From Octopus sinensis (Eukaryota), in the NCBI RefSeq assembly GCF_006345805.1, contig NC_043005.1:97030001-97094000 (forward strand): a DNA stretch of 64,000 bases, read 5' to 3'. The notes beneath the pieces were generated by a model, which was not told the origin of the DNA, did no database searches, and saw nothing but the letters and a program-made list of their open reading frames with translations. A program made the position numbers and the translations under genes. How positions within the stretch are numbered: the first letter of the stretch is position 1; every line of letters begins with the position of its first letter. This document shows positions 38,565-52,182 of this stretch, piece by piece.

Positions 38565-39095
38565 GCAGAGGATCTACAGCGACCATAGAGAGAAAGTGAG
38601 CAGAGCCACGGATTCGTCTCTAACCAGGCAGCAGCAGGTAACACTCAGCCGACTTAGAAGTGGTCATCACCCGGACCTCAAGTACTGGTTCTACAAGATC
38701 GCCCGAACCATAGACAGAAAGTGCAGAAAGTACGGAGTGGGCGAGGAGACGGCGGAGCATGTCGTCTACGACTGTCCACGGATCCATCGCCCGCCGCAAA
38801 TGCCAACCCCTCCAGACACTCTGGCCAGTAACCCTCTCCCTGTCCTTCGGATCTGGGAAAAGTGGACTTCCGCTCCCGACCTGCCAGACGTCTCCCAACC
38901 CCACAGAATGGACGCAGTGAAATCACCCTTACCCGTCTTGTTGCTCAACAACAACAACAACAACAGCAGCAGCAACAACAACAACAACAACAACAACAAC
39001 AACTGCAGCAGCAGCAACAACAACTACAACAACAACAACAACAACAACAACAGCAGCAGCAACCACAGCGACGACGACGACGACAACAACAACAC
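38565..39095 (+). mobile_element. I-group (Ingi/Nimb/LOA-like) LINE 3' end with a (CAA)n tail
   Basis: LTRQQQVTLSRLRSGHHPDL...CRKYG.GEETAEHVVYDCP is the post-RNase H RLRxGH motif plus a degenerate CCHC knuckle, followed by (CAA)n. Confidence 0.75.
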
Positions 39096-40847
39096 CACAG
39101 TAGTACCAACAGTAACAACCACACAGAACATGCACAGCTGCGCACATATAGACAGGCATACACGCACGCTAACGAATAACTATCCTAAGGTTTCATTTCT
39201 GTCCTACGCAGTTCTCTACCTTCGCCAGTTTCGGCTAAATCCACCACCACCACCAAAACCACCACCACCACCACCACCACCACCACCACTACCACCACCA
39301 CCACCACCGCTTATGTTTTGCCCCTTTAACACGTAATTACTTAGATAATTAAATAAGTGAATAGTACGCGTGTTCTAATTCAAACATTGCTGGTTCGAGG
39401 TCAAGGGTGTTCGGGTGAAAGATTAAGGTCTGCCGATCTACACAATGACGACGAAGGAATGAAGATGGTGGCGGTGGTAGTGACGGTGTTTGGTGGAGAT
39501 GGTGTTGGTGGCGGCGGTAGTGCAGGTTGTAATGCTGGTGTGTAATGATGTTCGTGTTGAGGTTGATGTATTGTGACGGTAGTGGTGGTAGTTCTGATGG
39601 TTGCGATTACGGTGGTAGTGGTGGGGATGTTGGTGATTGCGGTAATGGTTTAATTGTGCTGGTGGTGATGGTTGTGGTGGTGATGGTGCTATTAGTTGTC
39701 GTGGGGCATTGATGGTTGTGATGCACGATGTAATAAGATTTCCAACGGTGGTGATGATGGTGGTGGTGGTGGTGGTGTTGGTTGTGCTGGAGACGTTGAT
39801 AATGGGTGTCGCGATGGTTCTGCTGATTGTTGTGGTGGTGGTTGTAGCAGTGGCATTGTTGATCGTAGTGCTGGAGAAGATAAAGGTGAATATGCTAGTA
39901 GTGGTGATGGTTGTAGTGGTAGCGATGGTTAATGTAGTGGTGTTGGTGGCAGTGATGGTGATGACGATGATGCGGATGGTGGTTGTGTCAGAAATTATGT
40001 TCGTGGTGTCGAAGTCTGAAGTTTGGATTTGAAAGATCAAAGGAACTTAAAGAGATAAAGCGCGCACGCATGCGCGTGTGTATAGATATGAGTGTGTGTG
40101 TGTATGCGTGTGTGTGAGTGAGTGTATGCGTGTGCGTGATTGCTATGATGCCAGCTCACGTCCATCCTCCCTCTGCCGATGTATGTTGAGGTGGCGGAAT
40201 CACAGAAGTGAGTGGAATCATACAAAAAATTAATATGTGGGTATGTGGGTGAGTGTGGGGGAACAAAACAGGAGTGGGACTTTGGATAGGTTTAGAAACA
40301 GGGGCGGGCTATGATGTTATTTAACCTTGGGCCAGCTATCATTTAGTGGACCTGATCAAAGGCGTTTCGGCGTCTTTGAATTTCGTTTTAGAATATCTAG
40401 GACTATATCATTATTCGATGCGTCCTATATTTTTGTAGAGACAGTAGGTTGTAATTTGAGGGAGATTTGCTTGCTATTACTGGCATATCGAACGATGGCG
40501 AGTTTGCTTCTTTTCGTGGCTCGAACGGTAAATGTAACAGCAGAATATCTGATGGTGGTGATGACAGTGACAGTGATGGGGGTGATGACAGTGGTGGTGG
40601 TAATAGGAATGGTGAAGGCTATAGAGTTTGTGGTGGTAGTAGCAGTGACGGTGGTGGTGGTGGTGGCGGTAGTGATGGCGAGGATGGTAGTGGTGGCGGT
40701 ATTCCAGGTGGTGGAGATGGTATAGATCTTGGTGGTAGTGATGATAATGGTGTGAAGCACAGTTTCATTCTGTGGGAAAATGGAGCTGACGATGATGGTG
40801 GCAATGGTGCCATTAAAGATGTTGATGGTAGGAGCCATGATTATAGC

Positions 40848-41222
40848 AGTGGTGGTGGTGATGCAAACGCTGATGGTTGCAGTGGTGGTGGTGATGCAAA
40901 CGCTGATGGTTGCAGTTTGTTGGGTGATGCAAACGCTGATGGTTGCAGTGGTGGTGGTGATGCAAACGCTGATGGTTGCAGTGGTGGTGGTGATGCAAAC
41001 GCTGATGGTTGCAGTGGTGGTGGTGATGCAAACGCTGATGGTTGCAGTGGTGGTGGTGATGCAAACGCTGATGGTTGCAAGTGGTGGTGTGATGCAAACG
41101 CTGATGGTTGCAGTGGTGGTGGTGATGCAAACGCTGATGGTTGCAGTGGTGGTGGTGATGCAAACGCTGATGGTTGCAGTGATGGTGGTGATGCAAACGC
41201 TGATGGTTGCAGTGGTGGTGGT
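40848..41222. repeat. 33-bp minisatellite, ~11 copies
   Basis: Unit gtggtggtggtgatgcaaacgctgatggttgca repeated head-to-tail with few variants. Confidence 0.95.
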
Positions 41223-41364
41223 GGTAGTCATTGAGAGTTAAGTACTGTTCCATAATGTGAAAAGTTCTTGAAATGGTGCCATACCGTTTCTCTCAGCTTA
41301 TCTCATTAGCTTAATTGCAACAACATCTTACATTTCGTTTCTGTGTGCAAAAGCACAGGTACAG

Positions 41365-41523
41365 ATGTGTGGCAAGTAGCTTGCTTACCAGCCACATGGT
41401 TCTGGGTTCAGTCCCACTGCGCGGCAACTTGGGCAATTGTCTTCTACTATAGCCCCGGGCCGATCAAAGTCTTGTGAGTGGATTTAGTAGACGGAAACTG
41501 TAAGAAGCCCGACGTATATATAT

Positions 41524-41563
<40 letters not shown>

Positions 41564-41830
41564 GTATATATGTGTGTGTGTATGTTTGTGTCTATGTTTG
41601 TGTGTGTTTGTGTGTCTGTGTTTGTCTCCCCATCATTGCTTGACAATTAGGCTTACAAAGAATAAGTCCTGAGGTCGATGTAGTCAAACAAACTGACCCC
41701 AGGACTTACTCTTTGTAAGCCTAGTACTTATTCTATCGGTCTCTTTTACCGAACCGCTAAGTTACGGGGACGTAAACACATCAGCTTCGGTTGTCAAGCG
41801 ATGTTGGGGCGACAAACACAGACACATAAA
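41365..41830. mobile_element. SINE family B (+) followed by a minus-strand SINE B 3' part
   Basis: gtagcttgcttaccagccacatggttctgggttcagtccc...gaagcccgacg; 41690-41830 is the reverse-complement tail. Confidence 0.8.
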
Positions 41831-41863
41831 CATGCACACACACACACACACACACGCACACAC

Positions 41864-41900
<37 letters not shown>

Positions 41901-41947
41901 TGCTCTCACATACACCCACACACACATACGCACACGCACACACACAC

Positions 41948-42238
41948 ATGTCAATCATGGCCTGGATCACACCAACAAATTCAGGAGTTCTTTTCTTATT
42001 AGAACGATCAGGGTGAGTAACACTCTGAAATGTCCGTATTGGAGTTTCCGGCCGGAATGTCAATTTGGAAACATGTCGTTTCCAAATTTCTAGCGGAGTG
42101 AACTTCGTCATAATGCTGTTGTTCTCACAGACAGTGTCCAACTGACCCTACTATACTGTGTAGTCGATAAAATCAAAAACAATGTGCATGTAAGAAATAA
42201 AAAATATAAAATAGCGAGTTTACCCATCGTACCTTATA
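41948..42238 (-). mobile_element. mariner/Tc1-family transposon end with a deleted transposase N-terminus
   Basis: Minus strand MTKFTPLEIWKRH...HPDRSNKKRTPEFVGVIQAMID resembles the transposase HTH linker; ends at a TA tract. Confidence 0.55.
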
Positions 42239-42244
42239 TATATA

Positions 42245-42341
<97 letters not shown>

Positions 42342-42519
42342 TTATATATATAACTTATATATTTATTTATATATACATATATATTTATATATCACGTTAG
42401 TAGAGTTAGAGGTTGGGATTAACCGTCTAAGGGATAAAAATATCCGTTTTACTACCGGGTATTATTACCTATGTTAACCAATTTAATCAATTTGCTGTTA
42501 ATAATAATTTGTCTTGCAA

Positions 42520-43028
42520 ATAACTTGCACATGCAAGTGCTACAAGTCAAAAGCTCCGTATACCGGAAGCCAGCAAGTGTATGGGGTCATCAGGAGAGAA
42601 TTCGCGCCGTTTTGGGGCCTACCACTCGACGGCATCAATGCGTACCGGTCCCCCTCACTGATATGAAGCCCCGCTTGCTAGATCCTTCTAGCCATCGCTC
42701 ATCCTCTCTTTTTAATCAAATCCAGTGGCTAGCCTTCTCCACTGTAGATTGGATATCGGTCATGGTGGTATTGACTTTACGATGAGTTAGGCCTAACGAT
42801 AACAACAGTCGTCTCACACTGTGTCCAACGAACCCTCTACATCCGACTTCGATTGGAAAATGTTCCGCTTTCCAGCCTGCGTCTTCACATTCCTCGAGGA
42901 GGTTTACATAACGGTCAATCTTTCGAGCCCGAGCGGCGTCCATATTATCTTCATGAGGAACCGTTAACTCGACTTTATTTACAACTTTCTTTCTTTCACA
43001 CCACATCAAAATATCTGTTTTTTTTCGT
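42520..43028 (-). mobile_element. HERO-like (RLE) non-LTR retrotransposon 3' end
   Basis: DILMW..ELTVPHEDNMDAARARKIDRY..L...GWKAEHFPIEVGCRGFVG...VEKASHWI*LKR is a restriction-like endonuclease C-terminus, followed by a 3'UTR. Confidence 0.85.
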
Positions 43029-43035
43029 AATTGGG

Positions 43036-43067
<32 letters not shown>

Positions 43068-44039
43068 ATGTTTATATGTCTGTGTTTGTCCCCCCAACAT
43101 CGCTTGACAACCGATGCTGATGTGTTTACGTCCCCGTAACTTAGCGGTTCGGCAAAAGAGACCGATAGAATAAGTACTAGGCTTACAAACACATTTATTA
43201 ACTTCCTATTCTCCATTCTCTTTTCTTCTTTTAAATGAATATAAACTATATGTTTTTATATATATACCCATTATTTTAAGGAGATTCATTCCCCAAAAAT
43301 ACTTAGTGTTGAACCAGTATTTCCTTGGCTGAAACCATTCCTTCATGAAATTTAAACATCCTCTAATTGAATCATACATACATACATACATACATACATA
43401 CATACATACATACATACATACATACATACTACATACATATGTATGTAGGTACGGTATATTCTGTTACGAACGTAGTAGAGTACAGTATAAAGTTCGTCCA
43501 TTTTCAGATTTATCCTGTGCTATGCAGTAGCATTATTATAAGTACTTTCAGGTTTGTGTTTGGGCATCTGTCGTGTGTGAATCGATAATTGAAAAATTGG
43601 AGTAAAAAACCAGGTCTACGGTTGGACATTTATATCTAAATCACTACAATTGTTTCTATGCATGTACTTGATTATGCAACTATTTCCCTGCATTATGAAA
43701 TCCTAGTTGGGCTTCCTCAGGTGATATGTAAATATTATCTCCGTAAGTTCAAAATCCTCGGCTTCAAGAACATCCTCTGTGCTTGCCGTGGCCTAAATTT
43801 AGTAGCAGTCACTGAGCTTATCAGGGTGTGTTGTTGCTGAAGGGCCGTTGGCAAACTTCTTTGAATGTATAGATGTAGTGGGATGGTGGTCCTGCTACTG
43901 TTAAAATGGTTGCCGTTTTAAAGGGATTGGCATTTATTTGTACTGTTGATTTGTTCTTCACGGTTGTTCTTCAGGTTGTTCAAGATGATGGGAGCTGGAA
44001 CAAGGCTGGCCAATATACATCGGTAGAATTATTTACCTC

Positions 44040-44215
44040 CAGCGTATCATATTTCTAATCCATGCTGTCTTCAATACTTTACCAAGTCCAATAAACCTTC
44101 ACACACAGAGCAGGGCATCTCTCCAACAGCTGCCCTAGAACCTTAACCGAGGGCCACTGCCACTGGCGACATGACCAGATGCTCAGGGCGGTTGTAGAGG
44201 TGATATAGTCAGACA
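44040..44215 (+). mobile_element. HERO-like retrotransposon fragment (zinc-knuckle region)
   Basis: FLIHAVFNTLPSPINLHT...SCPRTLTEGHCHWRHDQMLRAVVEVI. Confidence 0.7.
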
Positions 44216-44680
44216 TTCAGTCCATAATTGAAAGCGACTAGGTGGATAAAGAGGGCTGACCAGTGATTTGCTGGTATGGGGAAATATAATTCGTTTGAAA
44301 CATTTTAATGTACTGTAAAGTTCATGAATGCACGATTAAACTAATTCCGAGTGTCAGGTACATAGCTGGAAGCTAGAGAATAGAATTTCATAAGATTCAG
44401 AGATATAAAACTTCAAAATCTTTTTATTGGCCATGTAATGTTCTGGAAAATTTAACATTTCCTCTTTTATATTAAATGACAAATGAAGCTTGATAGCGAT
44501 AAACAATATTAGGTTGTTACTCTTGGTATTTATTTTCAGTCGCTTAGTATAACTAGAAACCTTATATATATTTCCTTATATTTTTTTAATCCTAACAATA
44601 ACAATTTGTAAGGATTAATATAAATTACTGTTACGTTTATATGCTTTTACAGCTGATTTTTAAGATACATTTTCCATATA

Positions 44681-45063
44681 TCTCTCTCTCTATATATAAA
44701 GCTGAAGTTGTTTGTGTATGGCAGGTTTGGTAGCCTTCAACTAACACTATCTCTTCCGAGACCCTGCGGTGCAAGTTGACCAAAATTGAGAGTATGATAG
44801 AAGAAGGCTTGCTCTTCGTTCCGTAGAAGAAAAATTCAAATCGGACCATGTTAACACCCAAAATTATTTATATCAAAAAGGTGCCTTTTTTCTATGAAAA
44901 TCTCTATTTTTTACGATTTTTTGACTGTTGTGTCGCCATTTTTCGGTGTATTTCAACCAGAAAAATGTTCACTTAAAGAGAATAACAAGCCACATAATGC
45001 AAAATTTTTACTTTTCCAATTCTAAATGGTCGAAACAAACCCGAGCAACGCGGGGCGATACTG

Positions 45064-45066
<3 letters not shown>
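44681..45066 (+). mobile_element. non-autonomous Helitron, second copy
   Basis: Reverse complement of 14746-15139, with 5' TC and 3' hairpin cccgagcaacgcgggg; the CTAG end is eroded to CTAT. Confidence 0.8.
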
Positions 45067-45130
<64 letters not shown>

Positions 45131-45548
45131 GTGTGTGTGTGTGTGGGTGTGTTGTGTGTGTGTGTGTGTGTATTCAAATTTATGATTCTCTCCTAGCAAT
45201 AAATGTGTCCATTTATATTCAATTGTGTATGTCACAAACTTAACCGTCTACCTTGAAAAACAGATAGATTATAATTTTACAAGTTAAAATAAAAATTCTA
45301 TATTTACCTATATCCAACTTCATCCACACCCGAAAGAGAGGACTTTGTCATCCTTTTATTACCTATAACAGCACAACCCCAAGTTTGTTTGCATAAATCA
45401 TAAATTTAAGATCGCTTCTACTCTGTAAGTTCGGTTACTTTCTTCATAATATTTCTGATTATTTAATTCATCCCTGCAATCTCTCCAATCATTAATACTC
45501 CCCACCTATCTCTCTCTACACACACACCACACTCACATACACACACAC

Positions 45549-45803
45549 ACTACCTGATTTACTATCAAGGTTGAGTTCCCCAGCCTTTTCATTTCCAAAG
45601 GCACTCAAAGGGCAGTAAAGGTTTGTGCTTAGAATTTCTTACATAATATGCTACTTACCCATAGCTGGAACCCTGATGGGTGCTATTCCGGGTCAAAGTA
45701 GACCTGAGAACAATAGTGGCTAAAATGTTGTCCCATACCCCTCAGAACCTGGAACTCCAATCACCGGATACAATTTAAGGCCATACCAGGACATCTGTAT
45801 ATG
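45549..45803 (+). mobile_element. 5'-truncated copy of a (CA)n-tailed non-coding retroelement (family F)
   Basis: Near-identical to 52877-53133; sits between CA-repeat tracts. Confidence 0.8.
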
Positions 45804-45855
45804 TACACACACACACGTACACACACACACACACGCACGTATACACATACACGCA

Positions 45856-45923
<68 letters not shown>

Positions 45924-46840
45924 CAGATACGAATTCCTTTCTTTGCACGAATCGCTAATGATAAAATATATCGCTCCGGCATCGCACATCACCAACTACT
46001 CAAAGCAAACAACATAGTGATGCGTGCAAAGTCTTGCGGACAAACTGTGCACGCTCCGGGATATAGGATTGGGAGTGAAGAACGAACGACCGACGTTGAT
46101 ATACGTGAGGGGCACCCATGATAGTTCCTTCAGGTCATACATGACAGGATAAATTTTCAAGACCAGATAATGACTTAGAGTCGCAAATTTACACCTGTTT
46201 TAACAAAACAACAACTGCGTGAACTGATAAAATCTAAGACATTAACAACATAAGCAAAGTATGACTTGCACAGTGAACACTACATTGCCTTGGCTAAGCG
46301 TAGAATTATTGAGATCAAAGTAAATGCTATGATCATTGGGTATTTCGAATGGTTGTAGTTGAAGAATTACATTGGTTAAATTTACCAGGTTTTTATTAGG
46401 TGTAGCCCTCTCCAAGGTGAGTAGTAGCGAACCGTGGTAGACCCTATGTTGGATTCAGGTATCAACAAGAAGGACGTCAGGAATGGCTAGGTACTTAGTG
46501 TTGCGCTCACTGTAAGTTAGAGAAAGCCTTAGTTGTCATTTGTTGATAGTATACTCTAAGTACACATACACATACATGGTGGTACTCCAGCATGACCGTA
46601 GCTGCATGGTTGAAACGAGTAAAAGAGTAAAAGAGAATATATATAATACAAGATATAAATAATGATCATTACATATTTATCCAATGTTGATTGCTTCCAT
46701 TAATGCCAGCATATTGCGATAAACTACATCTACCAACATTATAACGGAGCTCCGAGCCCCCAGAAACAGATGTTGGGCTTATAACACTTCACTTCTTCCC
46801 TTTAATTTTCTTTGTCATTTATATTCTGTGTAAGTTGTAT

Positions 46841-46959
<119 letters not shown>

Positions 46960-46968
46960 GCTATCTAT

Positions 46969-47128
<160 letters not shown>

Positions 47129-47295
47129 ATTTAATTTATTTATCTGCATAATTGCCTCTATATCTGCTCAACTTGATCCCTCTTATAGCCTTTCTTTACC
47201 CCCACGGAATTGATCCCTTGTGAAGACATTGACATCTAAGTTTGAATCATTTGAGCGCTACTGGGTATCTTCTATACTGAGAATCTCTGGATCTC

Positions 47296-47363
<68 letters not shown>

Positions 47364-48299
47364 TAAAACTACTAGAAAGGGTTAACTTGGACGGTGATAA
47401 ATTGTGGAGATGTTTGGTGATTGTATGGGGTTGTTACTTTTGGTTAGGGTGAATGCAGTCTTTTGGTAAAAGAAGCATTTGTTATACTTATTCGGCAGTG
47501 CACTGTGAGCTTGTCAAACGGACTACTGAAAGTTAAGTGTCTTTCAACGACATAACTCAAAATGACTTGGAATGAAACATGTCGCAGTAAAATTGTTGTA
47601 TAGAAGTGACTGAATTGTGATTAAAAAAACTGATCTAATAATGTTGATCTGTTCACATTGTTTAATGAAGGAATACCAAACATTGGTCGATTAAATTTAT
47701 GCAGCTGTAAAACCTTATGGATAATATATTACAAAGAATCCGACAATTCTGTCTATTATGTAGTGTGGATGAGAAACTGTAACTGAAGATTAAGATTATT
47801 AACCCCAAAATTTTACGCGTTTTAATAGCAGTAATTTTTTTTCTTGTTTTGCTTAATTAAAATAATTGCTTTTCCTCGTAGTTTTTCATGTCAGCTGTGA
47901 AGGTGAAAAGGGTAAACTTGGACAGAGTTAAATAGTGGAGATATTTGTGATCGTATGTGGTGGTTACTTTTGACTGTTTCTTCTCGATAAGGATAATTGA
48001 TTGATAACGAATCTTGACACAAGCGGAATCGGACATCATAAATAACCTTAAACTTTTTACACACAGTCATACCTCCTGTTGACACCTATACGCCAGACTG
48101 AACGCTGTTTTATCTCCGAAGTGAATATTGCAAGTAAAATTTAAACAATTAACAGTTATTTAGCTTTTGTATTTGACGGCTGTTGCTTTAAGTATTTTAT
48201 TTTGATTTTCACTGACGTATTGGTAAAGAACAACGGAATACGAAACAGTAGTTTCGAATAAAAATAAAAATGGAAGTTTTAATCATCCGATGGACAGGC

Positions 48300-48912
48300 C
48301 ATAAGGATTACAAAAATAGAGATTCTCACTTTGAAACTGACAATTTTGAAAATCTGTTTAGATTATGGAACAACCCGATCTCTCATATATTCATGTTTAA
48401 AATTTCAGCGCGATCAGATGAACAATACTCGAGTTATAAGCGCACAAAAACAAACAGAATGAGCTAATGAGGCAGACCTCTACATGGTAGCTAGACCTGG
48501 TGGAAATAGCAGCCAAATCTCCCTCAAAACACGCCACTGTCTTATATATGTATATATGTATGTATTAACAGCACTTTGGCTTTTTGCATTTGACAAATGT
48601 TGCTTTAAGTTAGATAATCGTATTGAGCCTTCTACGTAGAGAAAGAGAGGGAGAGAGAGGGAGAGAGAGAGGGAGAGAGAGAGGGAGAGAGAGAGAGAGA
48701 GAGAGGGAGAGAGAAATAAATAAAACAGGACAAAAAGATTACAAAAATAGAGATTCTTACTTTGAAATTGACAATTTCGAAAATCATTTTAGATTATGAA
48801 ACGCGCCGCTCTCTTATGTATCCATGTTTAAGATTTCAGCGTGATCGGATGTACAATATTCGAGTTATAAGCGCACAAACAGACAGACAGAATGGTATTT
48901 GTATAGTAGATA
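48300..48912 (-). mobile_element. two related Helitron-like 5' fragments
   Basis: 48305-48465 and 48737-48911 are diverged direct repeats (gattacaaaaatagagattc...tttcagcg.gatc...cgagttataagcgcacaaa); the second ends gtatagtagat (TC start on the minus strand). Confidence 0.5.
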
Positions 48913-50969
48913 TATATTCATATGTATGTACAGATCTATTTATGCTGGTCTACACAGTTTTAATGGAAGTGCGGTAAATTTCCTGTAACGTTTGTTTTGT
49001 TTTTTGTTTTAGACTCTTATGTAAGTTTACTGTTATTTCTATCATTTGAATTTGACATGATAAGGCCATTGATCTCCTGCCAACAATAATATTTTACCGA
49101 AATCAGCTACTGGTTATTTGAAATTTCCTTAGATAAACGATATTCAGTGAATATTAACAATTTACGAGAGACAGAATATTTGAAGAAGACTATTTATATA
49201 CATCATTTTGCTTTCTTTCATAAAATTATTTTTGAAATATAGAAATAGGAAATGAAAACTTAGCATACTGTTCTACACACATTGAAGAAAGCTCTCCGCT
49301 GAAAAAAATTATGTAAATATTGGTTTTAGGTTTGATAAAGAGCGACATGGTGTCTGTGACAGCGATGTGATTATTGAAATATTTATATAGTGTTGATCTA
49401 ATATTTCTTCAAGGGATATGGCGTTGACTTGACAAAAACATCCAAGAAGAATGAGCTCGTTAATGCACTGAACGTGTAGTGGTGGCGGTGGTGGTGGTGG
49501 TAGTGGTGGTGGTGGTGGTACTGGAGGTGTGAGTGTGTGTGTGTGGGGGGGGGCAGAGAAAGGAATATTCATAGACCCTTTTCTGTGTGAAGAAGAAAAA
49601 ACAAATATGGGTACGAAAATGTTTCATTTAGTGAAGAACCAAGGCATTTGATTATATACAATTGTAATTGTAGTGAGGAGAAAAAAATTACCTTATTGAT
49701 TAATTTCTAGTTTCGCCCCAACAACCGCACAAAACTAAAAGTTAGCATGGGCAACAATTACGAAATAAAAATTGAATTAATTGAAGATTACGGAGATGTA
49801 CTTGCATAGCAAGTGACTTAATCTGAGATCGTGTGCTGGAACGAAAACAATTGTAGCATGGAAGGTGTTTATAAACCATTTAAGAAACACACAAAACCGT
49901 TAGATTCCCTTCAACATTTAAATTTAATTTGTCAAAATATTTTCGTCGCTTTGAAACCATGACCTGTTCACTGACAAAACTTCGTGCTGCATCATTGTTG
50001 GAATTGAAGATTATCTTTTATTTATTTTTTCCTCGCTTCAGTCATTGCACGGTGGCCGTAGCATGTGTGTGTGTGTGCGCGCGGTGTGGTAGGGGGGGGG
50101 TGCAGGTCTTGAATGGTTTTATTCGAACGAACCGACACAAGGACTTATTGTTTTTTAAGCCTGGTACTTTTCTGTCGGTGTCTTTTCATAAACTGCCTAG
50201 TTATGGGGACGTAAACAAACCAACATCGGTTTTCAAACGGTGGTGGTGGTGGTTGGGACAAACACACACTCACACAAACACACACTCACACACTCACGCA
50301 CTCACACACGCTCACACACACTCACGCACTCACACACACAAACACACACTCACGCGCGCACACGCATACGCACACAGACATCTTCTTCACATTCAGCCAC
50401 TTAGAGTTCAACGAAGCATAAACTAAAAGTGGCCAATCCCTAAGATAACTGAAGAATAATTCTCAAGAACTGGAATGAAACAACTGATATACAACTTATA
50501 AAGAGGGGCGAAGGTGGTGCGTGGGTGGGGAGGGGGTTGCAATAACCAGGAATGGTTTTTACACGAAAGACACAGTTTTTATGGTGCTAACATACTTAAT
50601 GTATAGTGAGCCTCACTCAGATAAGTAAAAGAAATACATAGGCGAGAACGTGGTTGTGTGGTAAGAAATTTCCTTCTCAACTCTATGGTTCCGGGTTCTG
50701 TCTTCCACTATAGCACCAGTCCGACCAAAGCCATGTGAGCGGATTTGGTAGAGAGAAATTGGAAGAAGCAAGTCACACACACAGACACACACAGACACAC
50801 ACACACACACTCACACACACACACACATACACACACACACATACACACACACACACACACATACACACACACACACACACGCACACACAGACACACACAC
50901 ACACACACAGACACACACCACACACACACACACACACAGACACACACACACACACACATACACACACAC

Positions 50970-51012
<43 letters not shown>

Positions 51013-51269
51013 CACATATATATATGTATGTACCTTGGTCTTTGCACTTGTGTTTGTCTCCCACCATCATTTGACAATTGGACCCGTAACTTCGTGTTTA
51101 ACAAAAAGAGGACTGACAAGATAACTACCGGGTTTACAAAAAATGTTACTGTGGGCGATTTGTTCGTCTAAAACCTTTCAAGGCAGAACCTCAGCATGGC
51201 AATAACTGAAACAAGTTAGAGATAATCGTTAAAGTACCACCAGGAGTTGGTGCATTGCAGTATTTAACT

Positions 51270-51695
51270 TGCGGCGAGCCGGCAGAAAGGTTACCACGCC
51301 GGACAAAATAATTAGCGGTATTTCGTCCGATTTTAATTTTTGAGCTACACCTCCACTGAGCTTGAAATTGCGTTTCATCCCTCGGGGTCGATAAAATAAG
51401 TACCTGTTGAGCACTGGGGTCGATGCAATCCCTCAAACTTGCTTGCCTTGCGCCAAAAGTCAATATTTAGCTTCCTTCAAGACGAAAAGCTAACAGAATA
51501 GTTACTGCGCTGGGTAAAATGATTAGTGGCATTTGGTCCGACTTTACGTTCTGAGTTCAAATGCCATCGTGGTTGACTTTGTCATTCATCCTTTCGGAGT
51601 AGATTAAATAAGTACTAGATGAGTACCGGGATCGATGTAATCGACTTAACCGTTCCCCCCAACATTGCTGGCTTTGTGCCAAAATTTGAAATCGA
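51270..51695 (+). mobile_element. two degenerate SINE family A copies
   Basis: gcggcgagccggcagaaaggtt...ggggtcgataaaataagtacc and ctgagttcaaatgcc...ttcatcctttcgg...gccaaaatttgaaa. Confidence 0.75.
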
Positions 51696-52182
51696 TTTTT
51701 AACTTGCTCCGTTCGTTTTGTACGATTTGAGCTCACTTATACCGGAAGTAGGCTTACTGACTTCGCCATTACTGGACTGGTAAAGGGAAGAAATCTATGA
51801 AATAAGGACTATTAGTTGTCGTTGCTTAGCCCCCAGATATCCACAGATTGGGGACACCTGTGATCAAAGGCGTTCCAGTAACGTCCATTCACTACTTTTG
51901 TACAACTGTAACTACATTGTTAAAGGAGCAATTGGATGTGATTCGAGGGAGAATTGTCTGTCATTTTTGCAAGCCAAATGACCAGACTGATTCGAATAAA
52001 GACTCCACACAGACACACAGACGCACCTACACACATATACACACACATACACACACATACACACAGACGCACCTACTCACACATACACACACAGACGCAC
52101 CTACTCACACATACACACAGACGCACCTACACACACATACATATGCATATACGTATATGTGTATATATATATAGATATATGT

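Noticed and set aside
38329-39336. 335-aa ORF as a host transcription factor with poly-His/Asn/Pro
   Set aside because: The unique part is a LINE C-terminus and the rest is microsatellite; non-ATG start
40848-41222. 33-bp repeats as a CRISPR array
   Set aside because: Units are contiguous with no unique spacers
42062-42088. 11-bp hairpin aatttggaaac/gtttccaaatt as a terminator
   Set aside because: Lies inside a deleted mariner relic; more likely a rearrangement scar, and intrinsic terminators are not expected in this context
47370-48200. Possible piggyBac-like transposase relic
   Set aside because: Could not recover convincing catalytic motifs or TTAA-flanked TIRs by eye
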